Below are positions 37,069-46,469 of a stretch of DNA of 64,000 nucleotides, piece after piece. Origin of the DNA: an uncultured Candidatus Saccharibacteria bacterium (GTDB lineage Bacteria; Patescibacteriota; Dojkabacteria; SC72). Each line of letters opens with the position of its first letter. The stretch's first letter is position 1. The notes under the pieces were generated by a model, which searched no databases, was not told the DNA's origin, and was given only the letters and a program-made list of their open reading frames with translations. The stretch covers positions 4,459 through 68,458 of the forward strand of contig CAYGOB010000001.1 of the NCBI GenBank assembly GCA_964351475.1. The letters run 5' to 3'. The translations under genes and the position numbers were made by a program.

Positions 37069-38791
37069 GAGAGAGTGGGTACTCCCCAAAGAAAAAACAA
37101 AAGATGTAGTAGAACATATACTCAAGGAAAGAGATATTAAAGAAAAGGAAATATTTCTTAACCCAAATATTGAGGATATTCCTAACCACAAAAAATTACA
37201 TGACACTAAGTCTGGAGCTAAGAAGATTGTTGAACATATTAAGAAAAGAAACAAAATAGTAATCCATGGAGATTATGATGCAGATGGAATATGTTCAACC
37301 AGCTTGCTGTGGGATTTTTTATACAGAGATGTTTCTAAGTTTTTAGAAAAAGAAATAGATGTTCTCCCATATATCCCAGACAGGGTAGAGCAGGGTTATG
37401 GTCTTACTAAAGATTCTCTGGATGACGTTTTTAATTTAGGAGCTAAGTTGGTAATTACCGTAGATTGTGGGGTTAGGGACAAAGAATTAATACATGAGTT
37501 TATGCAGGAAAAAGATTTAGATTTTGTAGTTACAGATCATCATCTTCCTCCAGAGGATTTGTTAGAAAGTAAAGAGCAAAAAAAAGAGAAGGAAAAGGAC
37601 AAAGAAGACAAAAAAAAGAAGAAAGAGGAAATACGATATCCCTTAGTACACCAAATGTATCCGGGATATGAATATCCTTACACAGAAATATGTGGAACCT
37701 CTGTAGTGTATTTCCTTATTCAACAAATTCGTGACTTACTAGATATGCCCAAAGATCTTAAATATGGTTTAGACCTAGTCGCTTTAGCTACCGTTACAGA
37801 TGTAATGCCTCTTTTAGATGTAAATAGAGTTTTTGTTAAAGAAGGTTTAGAGGAAATAAACAAAGGTAAGAGATTAGGACTAAGAATGTTAGCTCTAAGA
37901 GCAGGTATAGAACCAAATGAAGTACAGTCATATCATCTAGGTTTTGTTCTTGGTCCAAGAATTAATGCTTCTGGGAGAATAGCTTCTCCTATGGAAGCTG
38001 TACGATTATTAGTTAGTAATGATGAGAACCAATGTAAAGAGATAGCAAATCTTTTAGAAACAACCAATTTTGAAAGACAAAAAATGACCACTGAAATATT
38101 TGAACAAGCAAAAGAAGAGATTAAAGAGAGTGAGGATAATTTACTCTTTGTAATAGGCAAAGATTGGCACGAAGGAATTATTGGTTTAGTTGCGGGTAAA
38201 TTACAACAACTGTATTACAGGCCTGTTGTAGTTGCTACTAAAAGTGAAGGAGTTATTAAAGGCTCTGCTAGGAGTATTAAGGGTTTTAATATTACTAATG
38301 CCTTTGACAAATTTAAAAAACAGTTAGAGAGATATGGTGGACATGAATTAGCAGCAGGTTTTAGTGCTACCGAAGAAAAGATAGAAACATTCAAAAAGAG
38401 TTTAGTAGAGTATGCGAATAAGGAGATTACTAAGGAACAGCTACAACCTAAGTTGGATATAGAGATACTTTTAGGGAGTGAAGATGTAACCAAGGATTTA
38501 GTAAATGAATTAAAGAGATTAGAACCTTTAGGGTTTGGTAATCCCAAACCTATGGTTTGTTTGAAGGAGCTTTTAATTAAAAGTAAACAGGTTATTGGAA
38601 AGGATGGTAATCATCTTAAATTGTTTGTAGGCGATAAGAATACAGAACCTCTCACACTATTACTCTTTGGTTGTGGTGATGACGTGGAGATATTAAAAGA
38701 AGGAGATAGTATAGATGTAGTAGGTTATCCTGACATTAACGTATGGAATGGGAGAGAAAGTATGCAGTTTAATGTAAAAGAGTGGAGATAG
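37052..38791 (+). CDS. recJ: Single-stranded-DNA-specific exonuclease RecJ (DHH/DHHA1), with a Lys/Glu-rich insertion.
   Basis: VIHGDYDADGICS (motif I). VTDHH (DHH motif). C-terminal GGHELAAGFS (DHHA1). Insertion KEQKKEKEKDKEDKKKKKEE. Confidence 0.85.
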   Translation: MSLKSEREWVLPKEKTKDVVEHILKERDIKEKEIFLNPNIEDIPNHKKLHDTKSGAKKIVEHIKKRNKIVIHGDYDADGICSTSLLWDFLYRDVSKFLEKEIDVLPYIPDRVEQGYGLTKDSLDDVFNLGAKLVITVDCGVRDKELIHEFMQEKDLDFVVTDHHLPPEDLLESKEQKKEKEKDKEDKKKKKEEIRYPLVHQMYPGYEYPYTEICGTSVVYFLIQQIRDLLDMPKDLKYGLDLVALATVTDVMPLLDVNRVFVKEGLEEINKGKRLGLRMLALRAGIEPNEVQSYHLGFVLGPRINASGRIASPMEAVRLLVSNDENQCKEIANLLETTNFERQKMTTEIFEQAKEEIKESEDNLLFVIGKDWHEGIIGLVAGKLQQLYYRPVVVATKSEGVIKGSARSIKGFNITNAFDKFKKQLERYGGHELAAGFSATEEKIETFKKSLVEYANKEITKEQLQPKLDIEILLGSEDVTKDLVNELKRLEPLGFGNPKPMVCLKELLIKSKQVIGKDGNHLKLFVGDKNTEPLTLLLFGCGDDVEILKEGDSIDVVGYPDINVWNGRESMQFNVKEWR

Positions 38792-38795
38792 TTTT

Positions 38796-40130
38796 TTAGG
38801 TTTTTGCAATTAACTTTCCTAATCTGTTTGGAGTATTTGGCAAATAGGTTGTTTCTAAAACACTTGTGTAATCTAGCATCTTCATCAAAAGTCTCTCAGT
38901 ACCAATTGCAAAACCTCCGTGTGGAGGACAGCCATATTTAAAGTATTCAAAATACTCTTCTAGGGTATCTAGCTCTATACCTCTTTCCTTAGCATTTTCT
39001 TTTAAATTCTCTATCCTGTGTTCTCTTTGTGCTCCTGTTGTTATTTCTACACCATTCCAGAAGAGGTCGTACCCTAAAGCAAATTTAGGATTGTTAGGGT
39101 CCTTCATATGGTAAAAAGCTCTACTTTCATGAGGGTATTCAGTAACAAAAACAAATTCACAACCTGTCTCCTCCTTAACTATTCGAGAGAGTTCTCTTTC
39201 TTCCTCTGGAGAAAAGTCCCCATCACTTTTACTCTGTATTTTTTCTTTTGCTAATTTTTCTTTAGCTTCTTTAACCGTTATGTATTCAAAATCTCCTTTA
39301 GGGATAGTGATATCAAGCTCGAAAACCTCTTTAATTCTCTCTCCGTACTCTTCCTTAATATCCAATAACATAGATTTGATCATTTCTTGTTCAAATACAC
39401 AAAGCTCTTTATATGAATCAATATACGCAATCTCTACATCAAAACTAGTATATTCTGTTAGATGTCTTGTGGTAAATGATTTCTCTGCTCTAAATACAGG
39501 TCCTACATTAAAGACTCTCTCCATGTCTGCTGCTATAGCCATTTGTTTATGGAATTGTGGAGATTGAGCAAGGTAAGCTTTCTTGTCAAAATATTTAACT
39601 TCAAAAACACTTGCACCAGATTCGCTAGCTGCACTAATTATTCTTGGAGCTTGTATTTCCTTGAAATCTTTTTCAATACAAAACTCTCTAAGCTTATTTG
39701 TCATTAATGTTGCGATGGACATCATTAGGTTGTTTTTTGTGGACCTTAGATCTATCCATCTGTAATCTAACCTGATATCCAGAGCAGACATGTTATCGTT
39801 GTGTTCACCCTCTATGACTATTGGTAGGGGAGCTTTAGAAAGGGAGTCTATATTTATATCTACTATTTCAATTTCATAACCCTGTTCTACTTGTTTGGCT
39901 TCCTTTACTTTTCCGGTTATATCTACAACCGATTCTAAAGTTAGGGGTTTAATCTTATTAATTAAATCTTGATTATTCTCTGCTAAGGCTACAGTTTGTA
40001 TTTTGCCTGTTCGGTCTCTTATTATTAGAAAAACAATCTTCCCCTGATCCCTTATTGTGTCAACCCTTCCTCTTATTCTAACTTCTTTTCCTATGTAACC
40101 TTTTAGTTGTGCAATTAATGTTCTATTCAT
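38796..40130 (-). CDS. Class IIb aminoacyl-tRNA synthetase of the AsnRS / archaeal-type AspRS kind.
   Basis: N-terminal OB fold (VRIRGRVDTIRDQGKIVFLIIRD). Motif 2 FRAEKSFTTRHLTEYTSFDVE. Motif 3 GCPPHGGFAIGTERLLM. Confidence 0.8.
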   Translation of the reverse strand: MNRTLIAQLKGYIGKEVRIRGRVDTIRDQGKIVFLIIRDRTGKIQTVALAENNQDLINKIKPLTLESVVDITGKVKEAKQVEQGYEIEIVDINIDSLSKAPLPIVIEGEHNDNMSALDIRLDYRWIDLRSTKNNLMMSIATLMTNKLREFCIEKDFKEIQAPRIISAASESGASVFEVKYFDKKAYLAQSPQFHKQMAIAADMERVFNVGPVFRAEKSFTTRHLTEYTSFDVEIAYIDSYKELCVFEQEMIKSMLLDIKEEYGERIKEVFELDITIPKGDFEYITVKEAKEKLAKEKIQSKSDGDFSPEEERELSRIVKEETGCEFVFVTEYPHESRAFYHMKDPNNPKFALGYDLFWNGVEITTGAQREHRIENLKENAKERGIELDTLEEYFEYFKYGCPPHGGFAIGTERLLMKMLDYTSVLETTYLPNTPNRLGKLIAKT

Positions 40131-40204
40131 TCTCAGACTTTTTAAAAAATGTAGATTAATTTAAGCATATTATATATTATTAAATATTTCTTTAATAGTT
40201 TTTA

Positions 40205-41521
40205 CTAGAAGAAACCACTCTCTTCTACAATTTCTGGTTCTGGTAATATTACCTCATCTTGCACAATCTCATAATTTATCGCGGGATAGAAGAAGTCAAA
40301 AAGACCTTTAGTATCATTGTCAAAGATGGCTTCTCCAGATACCACATAAACTGGTTGTAGAAACTCTAACTCTCCTCTGTCTTCGTAGTAAACCACAAAG
40401 ACATCAAATACTAGGAACTTCTTAACTCTTTTTGGAGTATACTCAATCACATCATCACCATCTACTTCAAAAAGGTACACTAAACTACCTTCTCCAGACT
40501 GTACTTTTTCAATAGCAACTTGGGGAGAAAGAAGTTCATATGTTCCACAAGCTTCGACCTGTATTGGCCAGTAGATATACTCTATTTGGTAAACACCTTT
40601 AAGAGTGGTGCTTCTTTGACTTTTATCTTCTGCCCCTATATATACCGAGATATTACTTCTTTGAGTTTGTGGGAAAGAGACCAAGGTATTAAAAGTATAT
40701 ATTTCAATTCTTTGGTCATTAACGATGGGAGTCTCTACTACTGGAGGTTCTGGAAACTTTCTGTTAAGTGTTTGTACCATACTGTTTGCCCCTACAATAT
40801 TTGAAGGTATTGTTATCATAGACTTACTTCTAACAAAATCAATTCTAATTAAATCTGCTTCAGCAGCAGCAGAAGCTTTACTAAAAGAACCATCAGGATT
40901 AACCCTTATGTAAGTAGTCCGGTGATTACCTTTCGAATAATCCTCTGAATAAAGACCAAGAGACCTTAAGGCGTTAGCTGCCTGAGACCTAGCTTCTTGT
41001 TCAGAAGGTAAAATTCCCTCTCTAGAGATTTCCCTTACCCTAGAAGCCTCTGTCCTCAATGTAAAGTTTAAGTTTTTTGCTAACACCTCTAAAGTTCTTC
41101 CTGTTTCTCTGTCTACCCAAACATAACTCTCTGTTCCTCTTCTAATTACTGCATCAGGATCAAAATCTAATTTGTTTGCTAAAACTTTTGCATCTGCCTG
41201 AGAGCTAAGAGATTGAACGGGATTGTTAAATCTATAGACATTAATAATTTCAGGTAAAGAATCTATTTTCCCAGTATCAGTATCAATTTGAAACACCATT
41301 TCAGAACCCTCTGCTAAGTCTAGGGTAGGGATTTCTAATCTGTGTGGAAGAAATTCGTCTTTTGTTTCAGTACAGGCATAATTAGCCGTAAGATATTGAG
41401 GAGGCATAACCCCCTCTCTTCGTAGGGTTAGCAGTAAAACAATTACTGTAAACACAACAAATGCGCCTAATGCAATAACGCCAAACCTTTTTGTCCAGAA
41501 TGCTGCCTCAGTTAAAGTCAT
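40205..41521 (-). CDS. Hypothetical signal-anchored extracytoplasmic protein.
   Basis: N-terminal TM (FGVIALGAFVVFTVIVLLL). No catalytic motif recognised. Confidence 0.4.
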   Translation of the reverse strand: MTLTEAAFWTKRFGVIALGAFVVFTVIVLLLTLRREGVMPPQYLTANYACTETKDEFLPHRLEIPTLDLAEGSEMVFQIDTDTGKIDSLPEIINVYRFNNPVQSLSSQADAKVLANKLDFDPDAVIRRGTESYVWVDRETGRTLEVLAKNLNFTLRTEASRVREISREGILPSEQEARSQAANALRSLGLYSEDYSKGNHRTTYIRVNPDGSFSKASAAAEADLIRIDFVRSKSMITIPSNIVGANSMVQTLNRKFPEPPVVETPIVNDQRIEIYTFNTLVSFPQTQRSNISVYIGAEDKSQRSTTLKGVYQIEYIYWPIQVEACGTYELLSPQVAIEKVQSGEGSLVYLFEVDGDDVIEYTPKRVKKFLVFDVFVVYYEDRGELEFLQPVYVVSGEAIFDNDTKGLFDFFYPAINYEIVQDEVILPEPEIVEESGFF

Positions 41522-41578
41522 GATATAATCTTAACAGTACTTAAATATTGTATCAACCATAATATTACCAGTATTATT

Positions 41579-43198
41579 ATGAGAACAAAAGAGCAAAATA
41601 TTCAGTTAGCACAAAAGCTTTTCCCCAATGTGGAAAAAACTCCTGAGGATGTAATTAAAAAATACCCAGAGCGAAAAGTTAAAGGTTTGGTGTTAAGATT
41701 TGCCCCAAGTCCTACAGGATTTATGCATATTGGGAATGTATTTACTGGTTTAACATGTACAAAGTTAGCAAAGCAAACTGATGGAGTGTCAATATTAAGA
41801 ATAGAAGATACAGACAAAGAAAGAGAGGTGGAAAATGGAGTTTCTCAAATAGTTAATGGACTTAAGGGATTTGGCGTAGAGTTTGATGAAGGTATGTTGG
41901 ATGACCAAGACGAAAGGGGCAAGTATGGTCCATATATTCAAAGTAAAAGGTTAGAGATATATAAAATTTTTGTTAAAGACTTAGTCTCAAAGGGTTTTGC
42001 ATACCCATGTTTTCTTAAAGAAGAGGAACTTGAAGAAATTAGAGAAAAACAGAAAGAATTAAATATTAGGACCGGTTGTTATGGTAAATGGGCTAAGTGG
42101 AGAGATGCTAATTTGGAACAAATAGGGGAGATGTTAGATAGGGGAGAGGAATTTGTAATTAGATTGCATTCTACAGGGGATAGTGAAAAAACATTTAACA
42201 TAAAAGATTTGGTTAAGGGAGGAGTTACCTTAAGAGAAAATGACATGGATGCAGTATTACTTAAATCTGACGGTTATCCTACATATCATTTCGCACATCC
42301 AATAGATGACACATTAATGAGAATAACGCATATTATTAGAGGAGACGAATGGTTTTCATCCTTACCTTTGCATGTAGAACTTTTTGACAAATTAGATTTG
42401 CCTCTTTTAGCTTACGCTCATCTCTCTCCTCTTATGAAGTCAGAAAATGGTAAGAAAAGAAAATTAAGTAAAAGAAAAGATCCTGAATTTGCAGTGTCTT
42501 ACTACATTGAAAAAGGATATCCAAAGAAGGGTATTATTGAATACCTTCTTAATATTGCAAATTCCAACTTCTATGACTGGAGGGTACAAAACCCTGAAAA
42601 GGATTTAGATGAGTTTGAATTAAAGATTGAGAAATTTAATAGCTCAGGTGCACTCTTTGATATAAATAAATTAGACAATACCTGCAAGAACTACATAGCT
42701 ACACTTACAGCTCAAGAAGTTTACGACAAAGCTTTTGTATGGACTAAAAGTTTTGATAAGGAAATATATTCTTTAATGGAAGAGAACAAGCAGTACTGTA
42801 TTAATATTTTCAACATTGAAAGAACAGGAGATAAAATTAGAAAAGATTTAGTTAAATACGAAGATGTTAGAGACCAGTTAACTATCTTTTTTGAAGAGTT
42901 GTTAGAAAAGGAAAAAATAGAGGATGTATCTCAAAAAGTAGAGCAAGAAAAACAGGTTGAGATACTAAATAAATATCTAGAAGTCTTTGATGTAAAGGAT
43001 AATCAAGAAGAATGGTTTGAGAAGATAAAAGACATTTCAAAGGAATTAGGTTTTGAAAAGGTAGGTGATGTAGCAATGGTACTAAGAGTTGCAGTAACAC
43101 ACAGAACAAAAACACCTGATCTTTATCAGATAATGAATGTTTTAGGGGAAGGAAAAGTGAGGGAAAGGATTCAGAGATATATCGATATAATGATATAA
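41579..43198 (+). CDS. gltX: Glutamate--tRNA ligase (GluRS) with a C-terminal extension.
   Basis: VLRFAPSPTGFMHIGNVFTGL (HIGH-type motif). KLSKRK (KMSKS). Immediately followed by tRNA-Gln. Confidence 0.85.
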   Translation: MRTKEQNIQLAQKLFPNVEKTPEDVIKKYPERKVKGLVLRFAPSPTGFMHIGNVFTGLTCTKLAKQTDGVSILRIEDTDKEREVENGVSQIVNGLKGFGVEFDEGMLDDQDERGKYGPYIQSKRLEIYKIFVKDLVSKGFAYPCFLKEEELEEIREKQKELNIRTGCYGKWAKWRDANLEQIGEMLDRGEEFVIRLHSTGDSEKTFNIKDLVKGGVTLRENDMDAVLLKSDGYPTYHFAHPIDDTLMRITHIIRGDEWFSSLPLHVELFDKLDLPLLAYAHLSPLMKSENGKKRKLSKRKDPEFAVSYYIEKGYPKKGIIEYLLNIANSNFYDWRVQNPEKDLDEFELKIEKFNSSGALFDINKLDNTCKNYIATLTAQEVYDKAFVWTKSFDKEIYSLMEENKQYCINIFNIERTGDKIRKDLVKYEDVRDQLTIFFEELLEKEKIEDVSQKVEQEKQVEILNKYLEVFDVKDNQEEWFEKIKDISKELGFEKVGDVAMVLRVAVTHRTKTPDLYQIMNVLGEGKVRERIQRYIDIMI

Positions 43199-43207
43199 TA
43201 GGCACAT

Positions 43208-43281
43208 TGCCGGATCGTCTAATGGTAGGACGGCGGTCTCTGAAACCGTTAATCCTAGTTCGAATCTAGGTCCGGCAACCA
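43208..43281 (+). tRNA. tRNA-Gln (anticodon CTG).
   Basis: TGCCGGA-TC-GTCT-AATGGTA-GGAC-G-GCGGT-CTCTGAA-ACCGT-TAAT-CCTAG-TTCGAAT-CTAGG-TCCGGCA-A-CCA. CCA is encoded. Confidence 0.8.
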
Positions 43282-43282
43282 T

Positions 43283-43891
43283 ATGATAAGTAATAAAGAT
43301 TTAATAAAAAGTTTAGAGGAGGGAGGAGTTTTAAAAAGCAAACATATTAAAAAAGCTTTTTTAAACATTGATCGCAAAGATTTTGTTACAGAAGAATACA
43401 AGGATCTTGCATATATGGACACAGCATTACCCATAGGTTATAGTCAGACCATATCTCAACCATATACAGTTGCTTTTATGTTAGAACTTTTAGAACTCAA
43501 ACAAGGACAAAAGGTTTTAGATATTGGGACTGGTAGTGGATGGAGTACAGCGTTGCTTTCAAACATCGTAGGAAGTACGGGTTGGATTCAGGGAGTAGAA
43601 AGAGTGGAAGGGCTGATTGAATTTGGAAGGGGAAATATTAAAAAATACAATATTGATAATGCACAGATTTTTAAAACTGAGGGGAATATAGGTGTTCCTG
43701 GAGAAGTTTTTGACAGAATTTTAGTTTCTGCAAGTGCAGAAGAGTTTCCTGAAGAATTATTAAACCAATTAAAGGATGATGGTATAATAGTTATACCTAT
43801 TAAAGATTCTATATTTAAATTTAAAAAAATCTCAAACAAAGAAATATTGAAAGAAGAGTATTATGGATTTTCTTTTGTTGAGTTAAAATAA
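43283..43891 (+). CDS. pcm: Protein-L-isoaspartate O-methyltransferase.
   Basis: YSQTISQPYTVAFMLELLELKQGQKVLDIGTGSGWSTALL (PIMT SAM-binding motif). Confidence 0.85.
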   Translation: MISNKDLIKSLEEGGVLKSKHIKKAFLNIDRKDFVTEEYKDLAYMDTALPIGYSQTISQPYTVAFMLELLELKQGQKVLDIGTGSGWSTALLSNIVGSTGWIQGVERVEGLIEFGRGNIKKYNIDNAQIFKTEGNIGVPGEVFDRILVSASAEEFPEELLNQLKDDGIIVIPIKDSIFKFKKISNKEILKEEYYGFSFVELK

Positions 43892-43892
43892 T

Positions 43893-44492
43893 ATGGATAC
43901 AATAAAAATGGAAGGGACAGGTTATACAGATAGGAGCTATGAGGATAATGTTACAAAAGATGCTTGGTCTACTTGTGGATTAGAACCAAATAGAAAAAAC
44001 AAAATTGTTGATGAAATAATAGAGAAAAATCCTTTGAAGCTACTCTTTGATGAGAGAAATGACTCCAGCCTTGAGCTAATGTTAGATTATGTTAAGGAAG
44101 CAAAGAAGAGTGTAGATTCCTTTACGGAAGTATTACCTACTGCTGGAGAGTTATCAGAGAATAAGGAACTTGTAATGCTATTTAGAACTACATCAAAGAT
44201 AGTAGGTGCTGGAGAACAGTCTCCTTTTAATGAACTAAGTCTCATAGTCGGTTGTAAAGGAGTTTTTCTAATAAGGAATTTAGGGAAATACGGCAAAAGA
44301 ATCTCTGAGGGAAGTATAGATGTCTCTCATCCAAGTGAAGGGGGAGTATCCAAGAATCCAATAAGTGTAGATCCTGAGGTTAGAAAGATGGTAGAAACTT
44401 TTGAACAAAATCCTTCTGTTGAAAACAAAGGGAAACTTCTAGAGGCTTATGAGAAAATAAACTCTGTTGTATCAAGAACATCTAGCTCTTAG
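43893..44492 (+). CDS. Hypothetical protein.
   Basis: No motif recognised. Confidence 0.3.
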   Translation: MDTIKMEGTGYTDRSYEDNVTKDAWSTCGLEPNRKNKIVDEIIEKNPLKLLFDERNDSSLELMLDYVKEAKKSVDSFTEVLPTAGELSENKELVMLFRTTSKIVGAGEQSPFNELSLIVGCKGVFLIRNLGKYGKRISEGSIDVSHPSEGGVSKNPISVDPEVRKMVETFEQNPSVENKGKLLEAYEKINSVVSRTSSS

Positions 44493-46347
44493 TAGTCTCT
44501 ATTGTCCTCTCAAAACTTTCTAGATTCTCTTTGACACTCTCTATCCCTCTTTCCCAAATATCTTTTTTAGTAATATCTATACCCATTCCTTCAAATAATT
44601 CTCTTGGAGACTTTGTACTACCAGATTTCAAAAATTGTTTAACTAGTTCTACATTCTTTTTATCTTCTTTCACCAAACCCTGAAGCCCCTTAGAAATTAA
44701 TAATCCACTAGCATATGAGTAAACATAAAAAAACATTCTAAGATGACTCCAATATATCCAACCATTCTTCATTCCTTCATCCTCCTTAACAGCATCTCCT
44801 AAATATGCAGACATATGCTTAGTAAATAATTCAGAAATATATTCCTTACTTAAATACCCCTTTTTACGAAAATCTTTATGTAATTCTTTTTCAAAATTGT
44901 AAAACGCTACCTGTCTAAAGATTGAGGATATATCTGAATTAAGCTTTTGAGCTAGAATAGTAAATCGAAGTTCCTCATTTGCTCCCTTCAATATCTCCTC
45001 TAACACAAAGTCCTCAAAAAAAGTGCTAGCAACCTCTGCTAAGGATGTAGGATACCCACAGTTAAGAGAATTTTGGACCTTTGACATCTCAGAGTGAATC
45101 CCATGCCCACTCTCATGAGCGATGGTAAGAACGTCATTAAGTTTATCCTTGTGGTTTAAAAGTATGTAAGTAGGTAAGGACTTTCCAGAGGAAGTACAGA
45201 AAGCTCCACCAGATTTCTTCGCTTTGGGAAACACATCATACTGTCCACTATCCGTGAATTTTTTGATGATATTAGCAAAAAGAGAGTCAATATTTTCAAA
45301 AGTACTTGTAATTAGTTCCATGGAATCCTCATAGGGATAATCAGAATCAATCTCTCCTAGGGGAACATTCCTTTCATGATACTCAAGGGTTTTTTGTCCA
45401 AGAAGATCAGCTTTTAATTTGTAATACTTTTTTGAAACATCAAAATTATTTGTAACAACTTCTAGCAGTGTGTCTACGACCTTAGAATCAATATCGTCTG
45501 AGATATGACGAGCTAAATCTGGACGAGAAAGCCCTCTATACTCGTCATTAATCTTCTTGCTCTCCAATATGGAATTAATTTCAAACTCTGCTATCTCTGA
45601 ATATTTCTCATTTATCCTGTTAAATTCTTTAGCAGCATAATCTCTAACCTTCTTGTTTTTTGAATCTAAATACTTAAAAACTTCGCTGTATGGAATCTTT
45701 TTATTATTCCCTTTTTCATCTATTATTTTCAGTTCTTGCTTGCTAAGTAGCTCTTCCAGCATATTGGCCCAATTTGAAAAAGAAGCCTTACTTGTTAGAG
45801 TAAAGATATTCTCTTCCTTCTCGCTTAATAAGTATTTTGAAGAAAGAAATAACTGTTCTAGGTGGTGCTTGTACTCTTTTATGTGTGTGGAGTTAGTAAA
45901 AGTGGTGTATAACTTAGGATCTATCTTAGAGACATTTAGTTCAAAGAACTGTACCTCATTAGAAAGTTTTACTGCAGTATCACGAACTTTATTTAGCTTC
46001 CCTTTAACATCAACATCTGTTTGGTCAAGTGCGTTCTTCAGGCCTAAGTAATACAGGGGTTTGTCACAGAAAGCATTTCGTTTATGTAAGTTTTCGTAAT
46101 CATCAAGAGCCTCTTTTAACGTTTTCGGTTGTTTAACGTACTCTTCATTGCTCTTCCATTTTTTACAAAAAGAAGAAACTAGCTTTTTACTTCTCTCTAT
46201 GTCTTCTTTAATTTTGGGGTCTTGGGGTGATTTATACAGTAAATCTAAATTCCATTTGGTTTTCATATTGTCATTATATCCTAATAGGTCAGGCTTGGAA
46301 AACCTATAGCGATTAGTTCTGTTTAATTTGATTGTTATATCAATCAA
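44482..46347 (-). CDS. pepF: Oligoendopeptidase F (M3B metallopeptidase).
   Basis: HESGHGIHS zinc-binding HExxH motif. About 620 aa. Confidence 0.85.
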   Translation of the reverse strand: MIDITIKLNRTNRYRFSKPDLLGYNDNMKTKWNLDLLYKSPQDPKIKEDIERSKKLVSSFCKKWKSNEEYVKQPKTLKEALDDYENLHKRNAFCDKPLYYLGLKNALDQTDVDVKGKLNKVRDTAVKLSNEVQFFELNVSKIDPKLYTTFTNSTHIKEYKHHLEQLFLSSKYLLSEKEENIFTLTSKASFSNWANMLEELLSKQELKIIDEKGNNKKIPYSEVFKYLDSKNKKVRDYAAKEFNRINEKYSEIAEFEINSILESKKINDEYRGLSRPDLARHISDDIDSKVVDTLLEVVTNNFDVSKKYYKLKADLLGQKTLEYHERNVPLGEIDSDYPYEDSMELITSTFENIDSLFANIIKKFTDSGQYDVFPKAKKSGGAFCTSSGKSLPTYILLNHKDKLNDVLTIAHESGHGIHSEMSKVQNSLNCGYPTSLAEVASTFFEDFVLEEILKGANEELRFTILAQKLNSDISSIFRQVAFYNFEKELHKDFRKKGYLSKEYISELFTKHMSAYLGDAVKEDEGMKNGWIYWSHLRMFFYVYSYASGLLISKGLQGLVKEDKKNVELVKQFLKSGSTKSPRELFEGMGIDITKKDIWERGIESVKENLESFERTIETTKS

Positions 46348-46469
46348 ATCATTTTCGCGGCTTTTCTTTTGAAGGGTGTTTCTAAAATTTTCTCTACAGG
46401 ATAGCAGAAACTCTTGAAGCTAATCGCTATAGGACCAGTAGGGCAGACCTCTTGTGATATAATCGAAGG

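Noticed and set aside
36438-37100. 220-aa minus-strand ORF.
   Set aside because: It is antisense inside recX and the recJ start. Its composition is low-complexity Ser/Leu/Phe, typical of antisense to an AT-rich Lys/Glu-rich gene.
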